From: Oculina patagonica
Lineage: Eukaryota
NCBI RefSeq assembly: GCF_052425735.1
Contig: NC_135767.1
Span: 6,138,001 to 6,202,000, forward strand
Direction of reading: 5' to 3'
DNA length: 64,000 nt
Below the pieces are notes generated by a model. That model was not told the DNA's origin, ran no database searches, and saw nothing but the letters and a program-made list of their open reading frames with translations. Positions 34,583-47,900 of this stretch are shown piece after piece. Both the position numbers and the translations under genes were made by a program. Positions within the stretch are counted from its first letter, which is position 1. The number at the start of each line of letters is the position of its first letter.

Positions 34583-36836
34583 ATGGCCAAACATACCTTC
34601 GAAGACACTTGCTCAAACGAACATAAACCTCCGTTAAAAATGAAAACAAGCCATACCTCCTTGAGAAACAAACGTATGTACCCAAGCCTCCTCCGCAATG
34701 AGAACACACAAACGAGACCAAGGGTGCATTTCTTTGGGAGAACCAAAATTGGATCATTGATCTTAGTTCACGCGGATACTTTGCTCCTATTAAGTTCTCA
34801 AAGACTTTCTAATCATTCTAACCTCGAAAATTGCTCACAATTTTTAAATTTTTAAAATAACAAATTACCCATGCCAGTTACTTTTATTATTTCCAAAAAA
34901 TTATTTATAATTTATTACTTATAATAAAATATACTGATTACTTCAGTCAACTGAATTGCCTGAAAGTCAATGAAAAGTTTTATTTATTTGTTATTTATTT
35001 GTTGCCTTAATGGTTTATTTTTTGTACATGTTCGGGACTTATGATTATGATTCATAATCTCTCAGCGCCTGAGCAGTCGGTTGAAATATCTTGTCAAACG
35101 ATTGGACTTCTTTGAAGGAGGGATCTGCAAAAAAGGAGAAAACATAAAGATAGGAGCATATCAGTGTCTCATTAATCAATACATAATATAGCAAAAGTTA
35201 AAGTATAACTTACTAAAGCGCACGTTTTGGTTGGGTAAGTTAGCGTTTACTTTTGGCCTATTATTTTGGTATACGCATGCAAATGCCTTCCAGGTTCAAC
35301 TTTAGCGCGCGCGCTGATTTGACGCGACATGGCGCAAGCAATCAACGCGGTGCCTTCTGAAATATTGGAATTTAGTATACTTCTCACACCGTTTAATCAG
35401 CCTTGCGTTTTATCTTGTGAAATTGTTGCCCGCAGCCACGAACGTAAAATATATTTAAGCAGACTGGTCCGTATGCCTTTTCTTTTGTTTATTTGTGACC
35501 GTGCAAAGCCTGGGATTGTGACGTCACCGCTCTTATTAGAGCCCAGACTCCCTTTAGCTAAGCTTGGCTGAGTTGAAGTAAGAGTCCATGTTTCTTTCCT
35601 ATAGCACAACGCTTCGCACCTCAACAAATCACAAGGACATCTGCTGCACTCGAAATAACTACCAACTATATCAGCTCACCTCTACAACATAAGCACTCTT
35701 ATTATTCAACAGATGCGCGCGCTGCCCATATATGGTCAAAATGTTAACGATATCTGTCATCCGTACATAACAGATATCCTGCGATATTCGTAAGTTGCGA
35801 AAATTCGTCCGAAATCTTGTAAAGTGCTGCACAATTACAGTTTTTTAATGTGCAAAATGTGTTCCGTTGACAATTTGTTGAATAATAAAACAATTATCCT
35901 GCTCAATCTTGCGGAATATCGTCTGATTTTAGCTAAGTATCAGGCGATATTCCGCGCGATTTCGCAGGATAATTGTTAAATAGTGGCTAAGGTTCTATTT
36001 CATAATTAATGAAAGAAACTACGATTAAAGTCGAGAAGGTGGAAATAATCCGGTTTGCATTAGAACTCAGTGAAATTATTTCCGGGAGTCGTACTGCTGT
36101 GAAACATTCTGGAAAAAATGACTTTCATTTTACAAAGTTTTTATTTCCATTGCAGGTTTCTAAAATAATAAACTGCTAGCTGGTGAAGTCTCGCATAATT
36201 TATTTTTAAGTTGTCAAGTCTTGGAAGTATATACAAATATACCACCAGTCGATAGCATCTTAACGTCAACACGGGCTGCGAAAACACGCTCTAATTATCC
36301 ATCGAACGTTGCATGATGATTGATCGTTTGAATTAACGACAGAGAACGTTTCGAGCAAACGGTCCAGTCGAGGTAAAAAGTGAATATGCCGCAGGCCCCT
36401 AACATTTTAGCGAGCAGTCGCAACCTTAATAAACGTGTACAGACGAAACGTTTTTCTAGGAAAGGCATTTTCAAGTTTCGTGATTACGGGAAAATTAAAT
36501 TTCCATTTCAGATCACCTGCACTTATTGACTCATTTCACGCTACCAGAGTGCGCAACAACAAAATTGTTAATTTTGTCAAAGACAACAAACCTTACCCTT
36601 AATTTTTCACAGGGATTTAGAATTTCTAGCAGAGCTGACCTATTTTTTCCAGAATATTCTTAAACATCGACTAAGTTTAGATACACTTTGTCAGCACAAG
36701 TGGGCGTGTTATCAGCGACATATGAAATCATCATCTCAAATAACAAAGCAGGAACCTGATAATATTAAACCTTCGGAACTTTCTCAACTTCAAGCACCCT
36801 TTCAGATAAGCGTAATTTTTTGACTACCCAAGAGCA

Positions 36837-37748
36837 ATGACAAGCTTTACTGGAGAAGGAAACTACACAAGCAAACTGAACCAAGCACTCAGCGAACCAC
36901 CAGCAGGCATAGTTGAATTTTTTTCAGCTTTAAACATTTTTCTTTCCATCACCGCTGCTGTGGGCAATGCTCTGATCCTTGTGGCTCTGAAGAATGTCTC
37001 TTCTATTCATCCTCCGACAAAACTTTTCTTTCGATGTCTGGCGGTCACTGATCTTTGTGTTGGTCTTATTGTACAACCACTGTATGCTACCCGCATTATG
37101 TCTCGTGTAATTGAGATGAACGTGAATGTGCTGTACTACGTTCTGAACGTTTGGCGAGCTTCAGGTTTTACTTTATGTGGCGTATCTGCCTTGACCTCGA
37201 CAGCAATAAGTTTGGACAGACTTCTCGCCCTGTTGCTGGGATTGAGATACAGACATACCGTAACATTAAGGCGAGTTCGTGTAGTCATAACTTGTTTCTG
37301 GCTAATTGCTGCTTCATGTGGATTACTCCGGGTGTGGAGAAAAGATATCGCCATTGAGGCAACCTCTGTTGTCTTAATACTTTGCCTGCTAACTTCCATT
37401 TTCTGTTACACGAGGATCCACATTAAACTACGACATCAACAAGCCCAAGTACAAAACAATGTCTCTCACGGACAACAGAATGGACGAGGGATTCCGCTAA
37501 ACATAGCAAGATACAAAAAGACAGTTTCCAGCATTATGTGGGTGCAGTTGGCATTTGTTGCCTGCTATGTGCCGAGGATCATTGTGGCTGTGTTTTTTGC
37601 CAATGCAACAGAACATTTCGTTGCCTGGAAAGCTTCAACAACTCTAGTCTTATTCAACTCCTCTCTAAACCCGATCTTGTACTGTTGGAAAAACAGGGAA
37701 GTGAAACAAGCAGTTAAAGGCACAATTAGGCAGCTTTACTGTTCTTAA
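36837..37748 (+). CDS. Class A GPCR array copy 10 (303 aa)
   Basis: Intact 7TM ORF; DRL, CYVPR, NPILY. Confidence 0.93.
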   Translation: MTSFTGEGNYTSKLNQALSEPPAGIVEFFSALNIFLSITAAVGNALILVALKNVSSIHPPTKLFFRCLAVTDLCVGLIVQPLYATRIMSRVIEMNVNVLYYVLNVWRASGFTLCGVSALTSTAISLDRLLALLLGLRYRHTVTLRRVRVVITCFWLIAASCGLLRVWRKDIAIEATSVVLILCLLTSIFCYTRIHIKLRHQQAQVQNNVSHGQQNGRGIPLNIARYKKTVSSIMWVQLAFVACYVPRIIVAVFFANATEHFVAWKASTTLVLFNSSLNPILYCWKNREVKQAVKGTIRQLYCS

Positions 37749-38955
37749 AAGACCAGCAGTCTTCTAGGATCGAAATAAAGTTGCAAAGTGCAATCGACAG
37801 TGTCCAAATAGCGTGAAAAAGATAGCTAAATCGATCTCTTACATATGAAAAAGTGCCTTCAAATATACTGGAAAAGTTGAGACAGTGCTATATTACAAAC
37901 ACTACGCTGGAAGACTGTAGATGCACCTTCCATTTCGGGTCATTCGACTCAAACGTAGAAGCAGCAAATTGTTTTAACTTTAACTTAGCTATCATGCTAA
38001 GTCACTGAGTAGAATGTATTAGCATAAACGCGAGGTTAGGTTTCACAACAGACATTTTCCATTTTGTTATTCTTCCTCGGATGAGTAAAAATCTACAATA
38101 TTTACTAAATCTACCAGAATCAAAACCTTAGCTAACAGTAGTGTTTAAAGCAAATGTATTGAATACATTGTTTCTGGTGGGAAATACAGAATGCATGATA
38201 ATTAAAATTAAGATAGTTCAAGTTAATAAAAAATTAAAACGTTTTGAATGAAATGAGGTTATCAAAGACCTTCTAGCCTCGATATTTTTTATTGATGCCC
38301 ACGAATTTAAAATTAAACACCTGATTAATATAATAGTAATAGGACTGAGTGGGGTCCAATTCGGTCTGTAATCATACGAGTGTTTAACAAAATCCGAAGA
38401 CTCAAGAAGACCGCGAAGCGGGAGTCCGATTTGTTTAATCACGAGTATGATTACAGACACAAGTGGACGACACGAATCTGATTGGTTCTAAGCACGCGTG
38501 CGCAGCTAAAATTTCCAATAACAAAGTATCCAATTACAAGCCGAGGTGTCCAAAAACAAAGTTCGCGTGCTGTGTACGCGCGCGCTCTTTATTTAGTTCC
38601 TTATTGTGACTGAATACTTTACAATTATTCCACGAGCGCGCGTTGGATATGAGATTGTAGATAGTCAACGAGGCGCGTGTTGGCTATAACGATCTGATAT
38701 CCAACAAGCTCGAGTGGAATAATTGTTTCGTTAAAAACGCCTTGTTTCATTAAAAACGCCCAAAGAATTGGGCGTATTGCATAATTCTTCATATCATACT
38801 TAGCCTCATCCAATAATTGCTTAATATTCCTAAATTCTTCAGTTTTTTGACACAGTGAGAATAAAACCTCAACAGGAATTGAATTTTGTTATAGTTATGA
38901 TTAATTTCTGAATTGTACTCAACTCATCCTCTTCTAATTAAATATACTGATATAC

Positions 38956-41900
38956 CTCAGTCAACGGCTTAGTCTGAACGTCAGTGAGAACTTTCTGTAG
39001 ATCGTCCAGCTCACTGGAAGGGAAAAGACAAAAGGGAAAACCATGACCATGGGTAAAAAAATGACTTATCTTTTCTTGACGTGAAATGTTGATATTTCAC
39101 TCGAGAAATATTAGCATTTTACCAGTATTTAATACCAGTCAGTTAATTATGAAAATGTAGAAATTGCAAAAATGAGAGCTTTTACCATATGCTATGTAAT
39201 TTTTTAAAATAATTAAAATTATAAAACTGTTTAACTTTAGTTTTGCAATGAATGAGAATTCTCGTACGTTTGCTCATTGGTCGAGAGCTACGGATGATGA
39301 GAGTGAAGACCAAGAAGATGACGTCACCTGTGACGTAGCCACAGGCAAATGCCCGATTCCCTCTATGACGCGCTTGCAGGGAATCATGGTAGTTGTATTC
39401 ATCAAATCATGTGCGTGACTTAGCGACAATGAATACAACTACCGTGACGGCTTCTCCAAAAAACGAAAACCGGTTACTGGTGAGCTGTCAGTTGGAACAT
39501 TTCAGGAAAAATTCCTAAAAACTCGTCAGCTCAAAATAGTGATCTCAGGAGCCGTGAAGCACCTACTAATGCCCTACCGAGCCCAATGCCCAGCCAAATA
39601 CCCTACCAACCTTACTACGGGCAGGAGTGGGAAGGTCATTATTTGTCTTGCATCTACCCTTTGAACAATGCGACAGGTCAAATCTACCAGGAACTCGCCA
39701 GCTAGTATAGTTTAAAGGGTCATCGCGCCACACATGCAAGTCTCACCAACGCGACAAGATAATGACCTAGGTTGATACAAACACTTCCCGAGGTGGAACC
39801 AAGGGAAACATTGAAATTCGAAAGGAATAAAATTGACTGGTTTACAGATGGACATACAAGTCATTAAGTGTGTTGTTATTTATCACAACGAAGACGTTAG
39901 TAGATGCAGTTTGACGGTAGTCGTCGGTCGACATTCGCGGGTAACAATGCAATGTTACCCGCTGACGTCATAGATTTTGTAATGTTGCCCTCTCAAGAGA
40001 CTTTTGGCAAGAAACAGTTTCATTGTTAGATGTCATGTGAACTCGAAGTAGCCAATGAAAGCGCGCGCTGTTGGGGGAAAAATTCCAGCTATATAAATTA
40101 CAGTGAAACATTCTTTTATTCCCCCTCCGTAGTCACGTTCATAGTAAAATTCGTCAATATTTACGTACAATTAAACAAACTATATATTACTTACTTTTCC
40201 TTCTCGTTAACTTGCATCTTAGCCTGAAATAATTGGAAAAATGAGATAAAATAGACCAACTCTAATAAAATATCAACACAATACGAACGCCCATGTCGAC
40301 TGTTTGAGTGCTTTCAAGAGTATTTGAAAATGTCAATTAAACTGTACGAACGAAATGCTTGTGTTTTTTTTGTGTTTGTGAAAACACTGCATCAAAGGAA
40401 TTATTATCCAGTTTTCATGACGACAAATGGAACAAGATTTGTTAACAACTGCAAAAAGATCTGACATGGTAGCCTCAACAAACGTTTGCCAGTTGCCAAA
40501 AAATCATGTGTAATATCCCATTTTTGCAACCCGCTATGCAACGAAACGTTGCGTTGTAACATTCCTTAATTTTGTTGCATCGTCTGAACGCATTTTAACT
40601 AGAGCACTCGTGATAAAAACTAGTCTTTCACTTGTTCGTTTAAGATATTTTTTTGCGCAAATTTAAGACTAGCCAACACGGTAAACAGTAAAACCACAAG
40701 TTGAACGAAATATCCGTCAAAAAATTGTTGGATAGTGCTTACCTCAAGTCGCCAAACCGCAAATTGCCTTTCTTTCTTCTTAGCTTTTCTAGAATAGAAG
40801 AAATTAAATAAAGTCTCTTTCCTCTGTTGTAAAAATTTCGGTGTCACGAACCCTTTTGACTCTGGGGATCAAGAGGTCGTAGTACAAGTCCTGGCCAGGG
40901 TGGGGAAGGGCTATATTTGCTGAGTTTCTGGGCAAGACACTTTTTCTCTCATATTGACGAAGTACCGTGGCGTAATCTGACTGCAAGTTATGCAGGGGAG
41001 GAGGGGGTAGGGAGCTACTTGCGGTGGACTAGCATCCCGATCAGGAGAATAGAGATATATACCGTTCCTGGTTGTTTCATGCCGTGGAAACGAATACCGC
41101 CGGTAATGTGAAACTATTTCGTGTTTGCTTATTTTGGAGCAATTTGCAGTCGATTGAGAGTAGTGAAAACAAAAACCAAAGTAATCACTCTGGCCAATCA
41201 CAAAGGACACAGACAATCCAGTGAACCAATCAAAACTCGAAGTTTATAATACATGTAGCCGGCGCAAAGCGCGGGAAGCAAAACGTGTGCGAGCGAGTCA
41301 CTATTGGTTTTGGTTTTACAGTCAACTCTGTCTAAAACGGACACCGTCGGGACCGGCTCCAACTGTCCGTCTAAGAGAGATGTCAGTCCTATAGGGAGTT
41401 TAGTTACAGTAAAATGACTGAAGAACGGCATGGACCGGACCAACACCAGGTGTCCGTCTTGAAGAGGTGTCCGTATTATAGAGGTGTCCGTTAAGAGAGA
41501 GTTGACTGTACTGCCTGATTGGCTGAGAAAGAGGATCAAATTTTTTAAACCAATCACTAAGTGTAGTAATGCAGAACCAAAACAAATGTCAATTGCTTTC
41601 GATACTAAAGTGAAAACCGCTCAAGGATTTCTTTCCCAAAGTGTTCTCTTAGGTCAACGACTGATCAGGTGTCCAAACGCCATGCTATGCAGGCAAACAG
41701 AATTTAAATTCAGCAATTTCTTGATAGAAATGTAAAGGAAATTATATTAGTCATAGAGTTTTGTGATGTGAGTATCTTACCTTTCGCTGTTTTCGCACTC
41801 CGCTGACATGGTCTACGAAAACAAAGACAAAAAAAATCAATCAAATAAAAACGATATCCTCCTTCTTTATTACAATTACATTATATAGATATTCACCCAA

Positions 41901-44900
41901 AAGGGATTGGAATCTAACAAGCTGCGCGTGCAGCTATTTAAGTTACACGTGCCGCGTGTCTCCATGGTTACACCTTGGGATAGGTGCCAATGTAACGAGA
42001 GTGGTATGAACTGTTTGTTTTGAACTGTATTGAAAAACTTTTTTTATAATTAAAACTGACCTCCAACTTCTGATCTGCGTCAACTTTTGAACACTCCAGA
42101 GTGGTTCTCTAATAACAAGACAAGACAAGCGTATACAGTGAGAAACTGAATAGCATTTCGTTGTTGTTGTTCCGAGTATCTTTTCTGTGTTAGCCGTTAG
42201 TGTTAGAGAGCACTTTTCAACTGAGTGTCACAAAGCCAAAACAAAATCACTCTAGCCAATCGCAAAGGACACAGATAATCCAGGGAACCAATTAAAGCTG
42301 CCGGGAAGCAAATACCTTATTATAGAAATATATCGAGGCATTTCAACAACGCGAACAAGTTTACTCGTAATAAAATTAACGCGAATTTAAGAGAAGTTCT
42401 GGTTAAATGCTTATAGTTAACGTGTTTGCATCAATAAAATTAACGCGATTTTTGTAATTCGCGTTAATAACACGTATCGTTAATTTCCTATAATAAGGTA
42501 AGTGAAGCGGGCGTGAAGCGCGAAAAACGTGTGTGAGAAAATCACGATTGGTTTTGGTTTTACTTCCGATTGGTTGAGAAAGTGACACAAAATGTTTTAA
42601 ACCAATCACATAACGTAGTTAAGCAAAACCAGAACAACTGCGAATTGCCTCCAGATCGGAGTACGAGCACGAGCACGACTTTCGAATTTCAATCCAGTTA
42701 CTTTCTCAGAGCCCTCACTCCTCTCTGATGCTGACCAGTTGAAAAGAAGACTTACGGTACAAGATTGGTGTGAAATGTGATAATCGAAAGCATAAGCACT
42801 TGGTTTGAAAAGTCGTACACGTACTTAATCTTGTACTCATACTCCGATCTGAAGGTCCCTATCAACATAATTTACGCTCGATGTGAAGCATTATTCTAGT
42901 TTAACATTTATCGGCATACAGCTATTTTCTGACTTCGTTTATTCCAGTCTCTGTTTTCCTCTTTTTTCTTCCGGTTTTTTTCTCAAAAACCTCGTTTTTG
43001 TGTCTTTTCCGAGCTGATTGACAATGTGCTGATCAGATTTAACGTGGACTCTCTTGATTTCCATCATTTATTAATATTAAACTTCAGAATTAAACCATTT
43101 TACTTACTGTTTTGTCTAGTTCTTTCTCTTTCTTCAACAAGCCAGCCATTTCTCTGAGAGACGCAACAAAGTATCTTACATGGGTTTCGATTCCTTATAC
43201 GATTAATTTCGTAAAACAAAAGTTAAAATTAGACAAAAACTTGCTGTTTTCATTTAGCATGGTCCTAGAAAATACGTCTTTCTCGGCCTGGTTAACTAAG
43301 CACGTTTCACGAGTTCTTGAACTAATCTCAAAACAATTATTGCTTTTGAAATAGTACGTGAAAATCATTTTAAAAGCCTATTGCCTGACCTTTCAAAGTC
43401 GATTTCAATGATTTACCTGTCGTATTCAATTTTAGCCATCTGCAAGAATGAAAAAAAAAAAAAAAAAAAAAAAAAAACAGAAATTAAGCAACGTTTTGAA
43501 GAAAACAAATCATTCTTGCAACCAACACTCATGATATGGTATTTCGTAAATTCTTTCTGATTAATTCGTTATTTTTTAGTGCAACCTTTTAAGAATGCAT
43601 ATAACATCATATGTTACCTTGAATTGTTTCTCGGCCTTAGTAGTGTCTGGGACTGACGCCTGAAAATAAAAATAAAATGTAACAATTCATGAATTTATAT
43701 TCCGTGGACAGGCTCTCAGGTAGGGGCAGCTGTCGAGCGAGGCGGGGAGGGGGGACGGGGCGGGTAGCCACTGCCCCCTCCACCCTCCCACTAAAGAACC
43801 AATGTGAGACATTTGTTACCCTTGTATACCATAATTCTATTGAAAACAGTAATATTATAGTCACCTTTATCGTTTTAAGTTTCTGGTTTAAATCTGCAAT
43901 CTCACTGTGAATGTAAGCAAAAGTTAACATAGGTATTCAATTGAAAAAAACATAAAGTAAATATAAAATTTTAACACTGTCCAATGGGGATTGCCGAACT
44001 AATTTATCGACTTGTGATATTATATGTAACAACTTTATCCTGTGCGACGATCAATAATTTTACTCAAATTTGTTTTTACTATATTTGTGTGTTAGAAACA
44101 AGAAAGGGGCACATATTTTGCCAGAATCCAGGGCCGTAAACAGACCTTTGCCATAGATGAGGCAGGATCTCGATAGGATGTTTTAAGGACATGCCCTCCA
44201 GAAAATGTGAAAAACTAGTAGCTCGAAAACTCTTTATTTAACATTTTTTTATTATGTAAAAACAAATCAATCCGGATATTATTTTCCCAACTAAACAAAT
44301 TTTATTTTTAATTTTGGGTTAAAATCAAGACGAGGCACTTGTCTTGCCTCTTGCTAGTTACGGTTGGAATCTAGTTATTTTACGAACAGTTTCTCCGCTA
44401 TATTAACCGGGTCAAAACTGATATTCACAAACGATCTTCCTTCAGTGAAATGGGATTTTTGAATTTTTTGATTAAAATAGTAACGCACCTTTCATGTTCC
44501 TCTTTTAACTGGTTCTTAGTCTGAAAAAAGCAACAAATGAGATTATGAAGTAATATATATAACACTCAAGACAGCATTTATCGGGATATCCAAACACTGA
44601 GAAGAGAGTTGAAAATACGACGCGCAGCGGAGTATTCTTTACGAAATTCGAGGTGTTTCGAAGACCGATGAAACACTGTCTCGACTGTTTGAAATATCTT
44701 CTCAAACGAAACTCGTACGGAGTAAACGGAGAAATAAAATCGTAACAATCTATGCTAATTAAGACCGGGTATCCAAACCTCCTTCACGGTTATGATTTTC
44801 TTTGTTTTAATTTGATGAATCATTAATGAGTTTAAGAAGTCGGTTTAAAATTTTAAAATACGTAGATTTAAGCAAACAAAGATCACGGCTTATGCAGACT

Positions 44901-47900
44901 TGAAAGTTAAATTCTGTTTACTTAAATTGGCGTAATTCTTATAAAACCTATCAACAACTGATACAACAAAATACAAACCTTGAAAATTAAAAGAGCCTTT
45001 TCCTTGTTCGTCACTAACTCGTTTATCTATTGCGTAAAGAATAATATGCAAGTTAGCAAGTGTACTTACAGTCAAACCGGATGTTCTTTTGATGGGAACT
45101 TTGCAATGTTGTGGTGCAATGTTCCAATGTTGATTGACAGTTTGCACGTCGCAACTTGCAACTTTTAATTCAAATTTGATCCGCAAGTTACGGCTTACGT
45201 TTGTAATTTTGAAGCGTAATTCCTAACTTAGCAATGTTAACTATTTACATGTCGCTTATTTCTTGCATTCTGTTGATCATGAACAGTCAAATAGGGGGCA
45301 ATTATTTTCTGTTTCTTTGAAACAATGGTGGTACAGCCTCGTTTATACGGCAAAATGAAAACCGGAACTTAACAACTTGCTCGAGAAAATTTGAATTGAA
45401 AGTTGCACTTTGCGACGAGCAAACTGTCAATCAATATTGGAACATTGTGCCGCACCATTGCAAAGTTCCCATCAAAAGAACATCCGGTTTGACTGTAACT
45501 TTGTTTTAAATGACCGAAATTTCTAGATCAACTATGTCTAAATTGAAGAAAACCTTGTAAAAATAAAACACCGTAAAAGCTCTATATTACAAACAAATAT
45601 ATGTCAACTAACTTTGAAAACTGTTCAGCCTAACATTCGAAAAATCCATTTCTTAATTGATTTTAATCTTAATTTTATCCATTCGTACCTTCTTTTGCAC
45701 TTGCCGTGTTACTGAAATATTCCTTCACTGCGTTTAGTGGTTATGTTTTTTTATTTCACTCAATTTAATGCAATTTTTAGTCTAAGTTTTGCTAAAATCC
45801 GTGACACGCTTCCGTTAAGTAAAAATAAAATATAAGTACTACAAAAGAGATGAGATTTATATGTAACTCACCTCATTTTTCATGTCTGTTACTTTGTTGC
45901 TGAGTTGATCAATAGTTCTAAGGATAAACAAATTGTTTTAATTCATGACTCACAGGCCTAATCGCAGTCTTAATAACAAATAATATGAGATATCGAGGTT
46001 ACTATCGGCTAAGCCAACTATCAAAAGCCGAGAGCAGTCTAATAGTTTAAGCATAACTCAGTTAGGGCTTTCCACAAGTTGCGCGAGATTTCCCAAAAAG
46101 TTGCCCGTAATTTCTCAAAAAGTTGCTCAAAAGCTGCTCCAAAAATCCAAAAAACTTGCTTTGATTAATAAAAGTTGCTCGAAAGTTGCCCCAAAAAAAA
46201 TCCAAAACGCTTTTATTAATTAAGAAAATGTCTCTAAATATATGCTAATGTCCCTTTGAGGGTAAGATTACTAAGCAGTTTTATGTAATTTTACAACAAA
46301 AGAAGTATCTAAATAACATTTTAAGGGGAAAATTCGGATTTCTTTAACTGAGAAAAATCGTGAAGATATCGATGACGTCATGTTTGCTGACGAGTTTTGT
46401 GATATTTTAATGCAGAATGAGCCGAAAGTTGAAACGTCTTCAGATGTTTCTCGAAAATCTTCGGCAAACTTCGTAAATCTTCGGAAACGTTCGCATGGCC
46501 TTTGAACAACACTCGGATAATCTTCGGAGATCTTCGGTCTAGAAATTGCTTAAAATGCAACAAGTTGCTCGAAAGGAAAAAAGTTGCTCGAAGGGGGAAA
46601 AAATGCTCGAAATATGAAAAGTTGCCTAGCAACTTGTAGAAAGCCCTAAACTCAGTGGCTGATTTTTTAAAGCAAAATATCGAAACAAAAAAAATCAACA
46701 TGCGTGTGCTGTTTCGCACTGATTTACTATCTAATTTGCCGGTAAATTATCCATGTTAACTACTGTATAAAAGAAATCGAACAAATTTTTTCATGATCTG
46801 CACTCTTATAGACCATAGAAATGACGCCATACAATGTCTTTAACTTCGCAGTAAAACCACTTGAGTTTGACGTGCTCGTTTTGTTGAATATTCCTAAAGG
46901 AAGAAGTTTGAGAGGAATTTGAGCTGCGTCCATGTTAATGAAGCAGTGTATCATTGTAGTAGTCATTTTGCTCGAGGTACAAACATTCACATTGATCGAA
47001 AGTTTACTCAAAATCATATAATGCAAAGAAACAAGGTTGGTTACAAATCTTCCTTTTCATATCCTTTTCTTAATCCTTCTTAATACACGGATTACGAAAG
47101 ACATACTTGAAAAATTAAGGCTAAATTTTGCAAGACACGCCATTGTCATTGTGACGTAATTAGTCCGTAAATAGATTAGCAAAAATACTTACTTTTGCAA
47201 ACCTTCCTTTTTCTCTGCATTTAGCTACAATGAACAATCAAGCATGATCAGTGATAAGACAGTAGTTCGTTAATTATAGAAAATGTTTACAAAAACATTG
47301 TGCAAAATGGTGTACTTCAGTGTTAAAGTGTCTTGTCTTGTCCACTTACTGCATTCTTGCGGTGTTGAGCTTCTTGAATATTGTACTCATCAATTTGTCT
47401 GTAAAAAATGGAATAATTTTACTGTATTTCTTCAATTATGGTCAGTATGAGCGATGCCCAGTGACGTGGAAAAGGTTTGACTTATCAAGCTGGCGCTAAC
47501 TCCACGTTCTTTATTTTGCAGGATTTTGAATTACAAAGCGATCAGAAGTGTTGCTTCCTTCCCTGAATTCGATGCTAGTCCATCACAATAAGTTACCCTC
47601 CAGTATTTTTGTCAAGTTGCTTTGACAATTCATCGGTACCCATTTTTACATCAGGGTGGGGAGAGGCACTGTGAGAGTAAAGTGTCTTGTCCAAGAACAC
47701 AATACTGTGACCCTGGCCGGTGTTTAGGCTAAGACTTCTGACCCTCGCGTAACATCGTGGTCATCATCATCATCATCTGCTTCCTTATGTCTCCTCTGGG
47801 AGAATAGGGCCTATGGTACTTCATAGAAATTTTAAGCGTTGGGAGAGGGGGGATTGCGGCGAATTGCTTTGCATAACATTAGCGAAAATTTAGTATTTCC

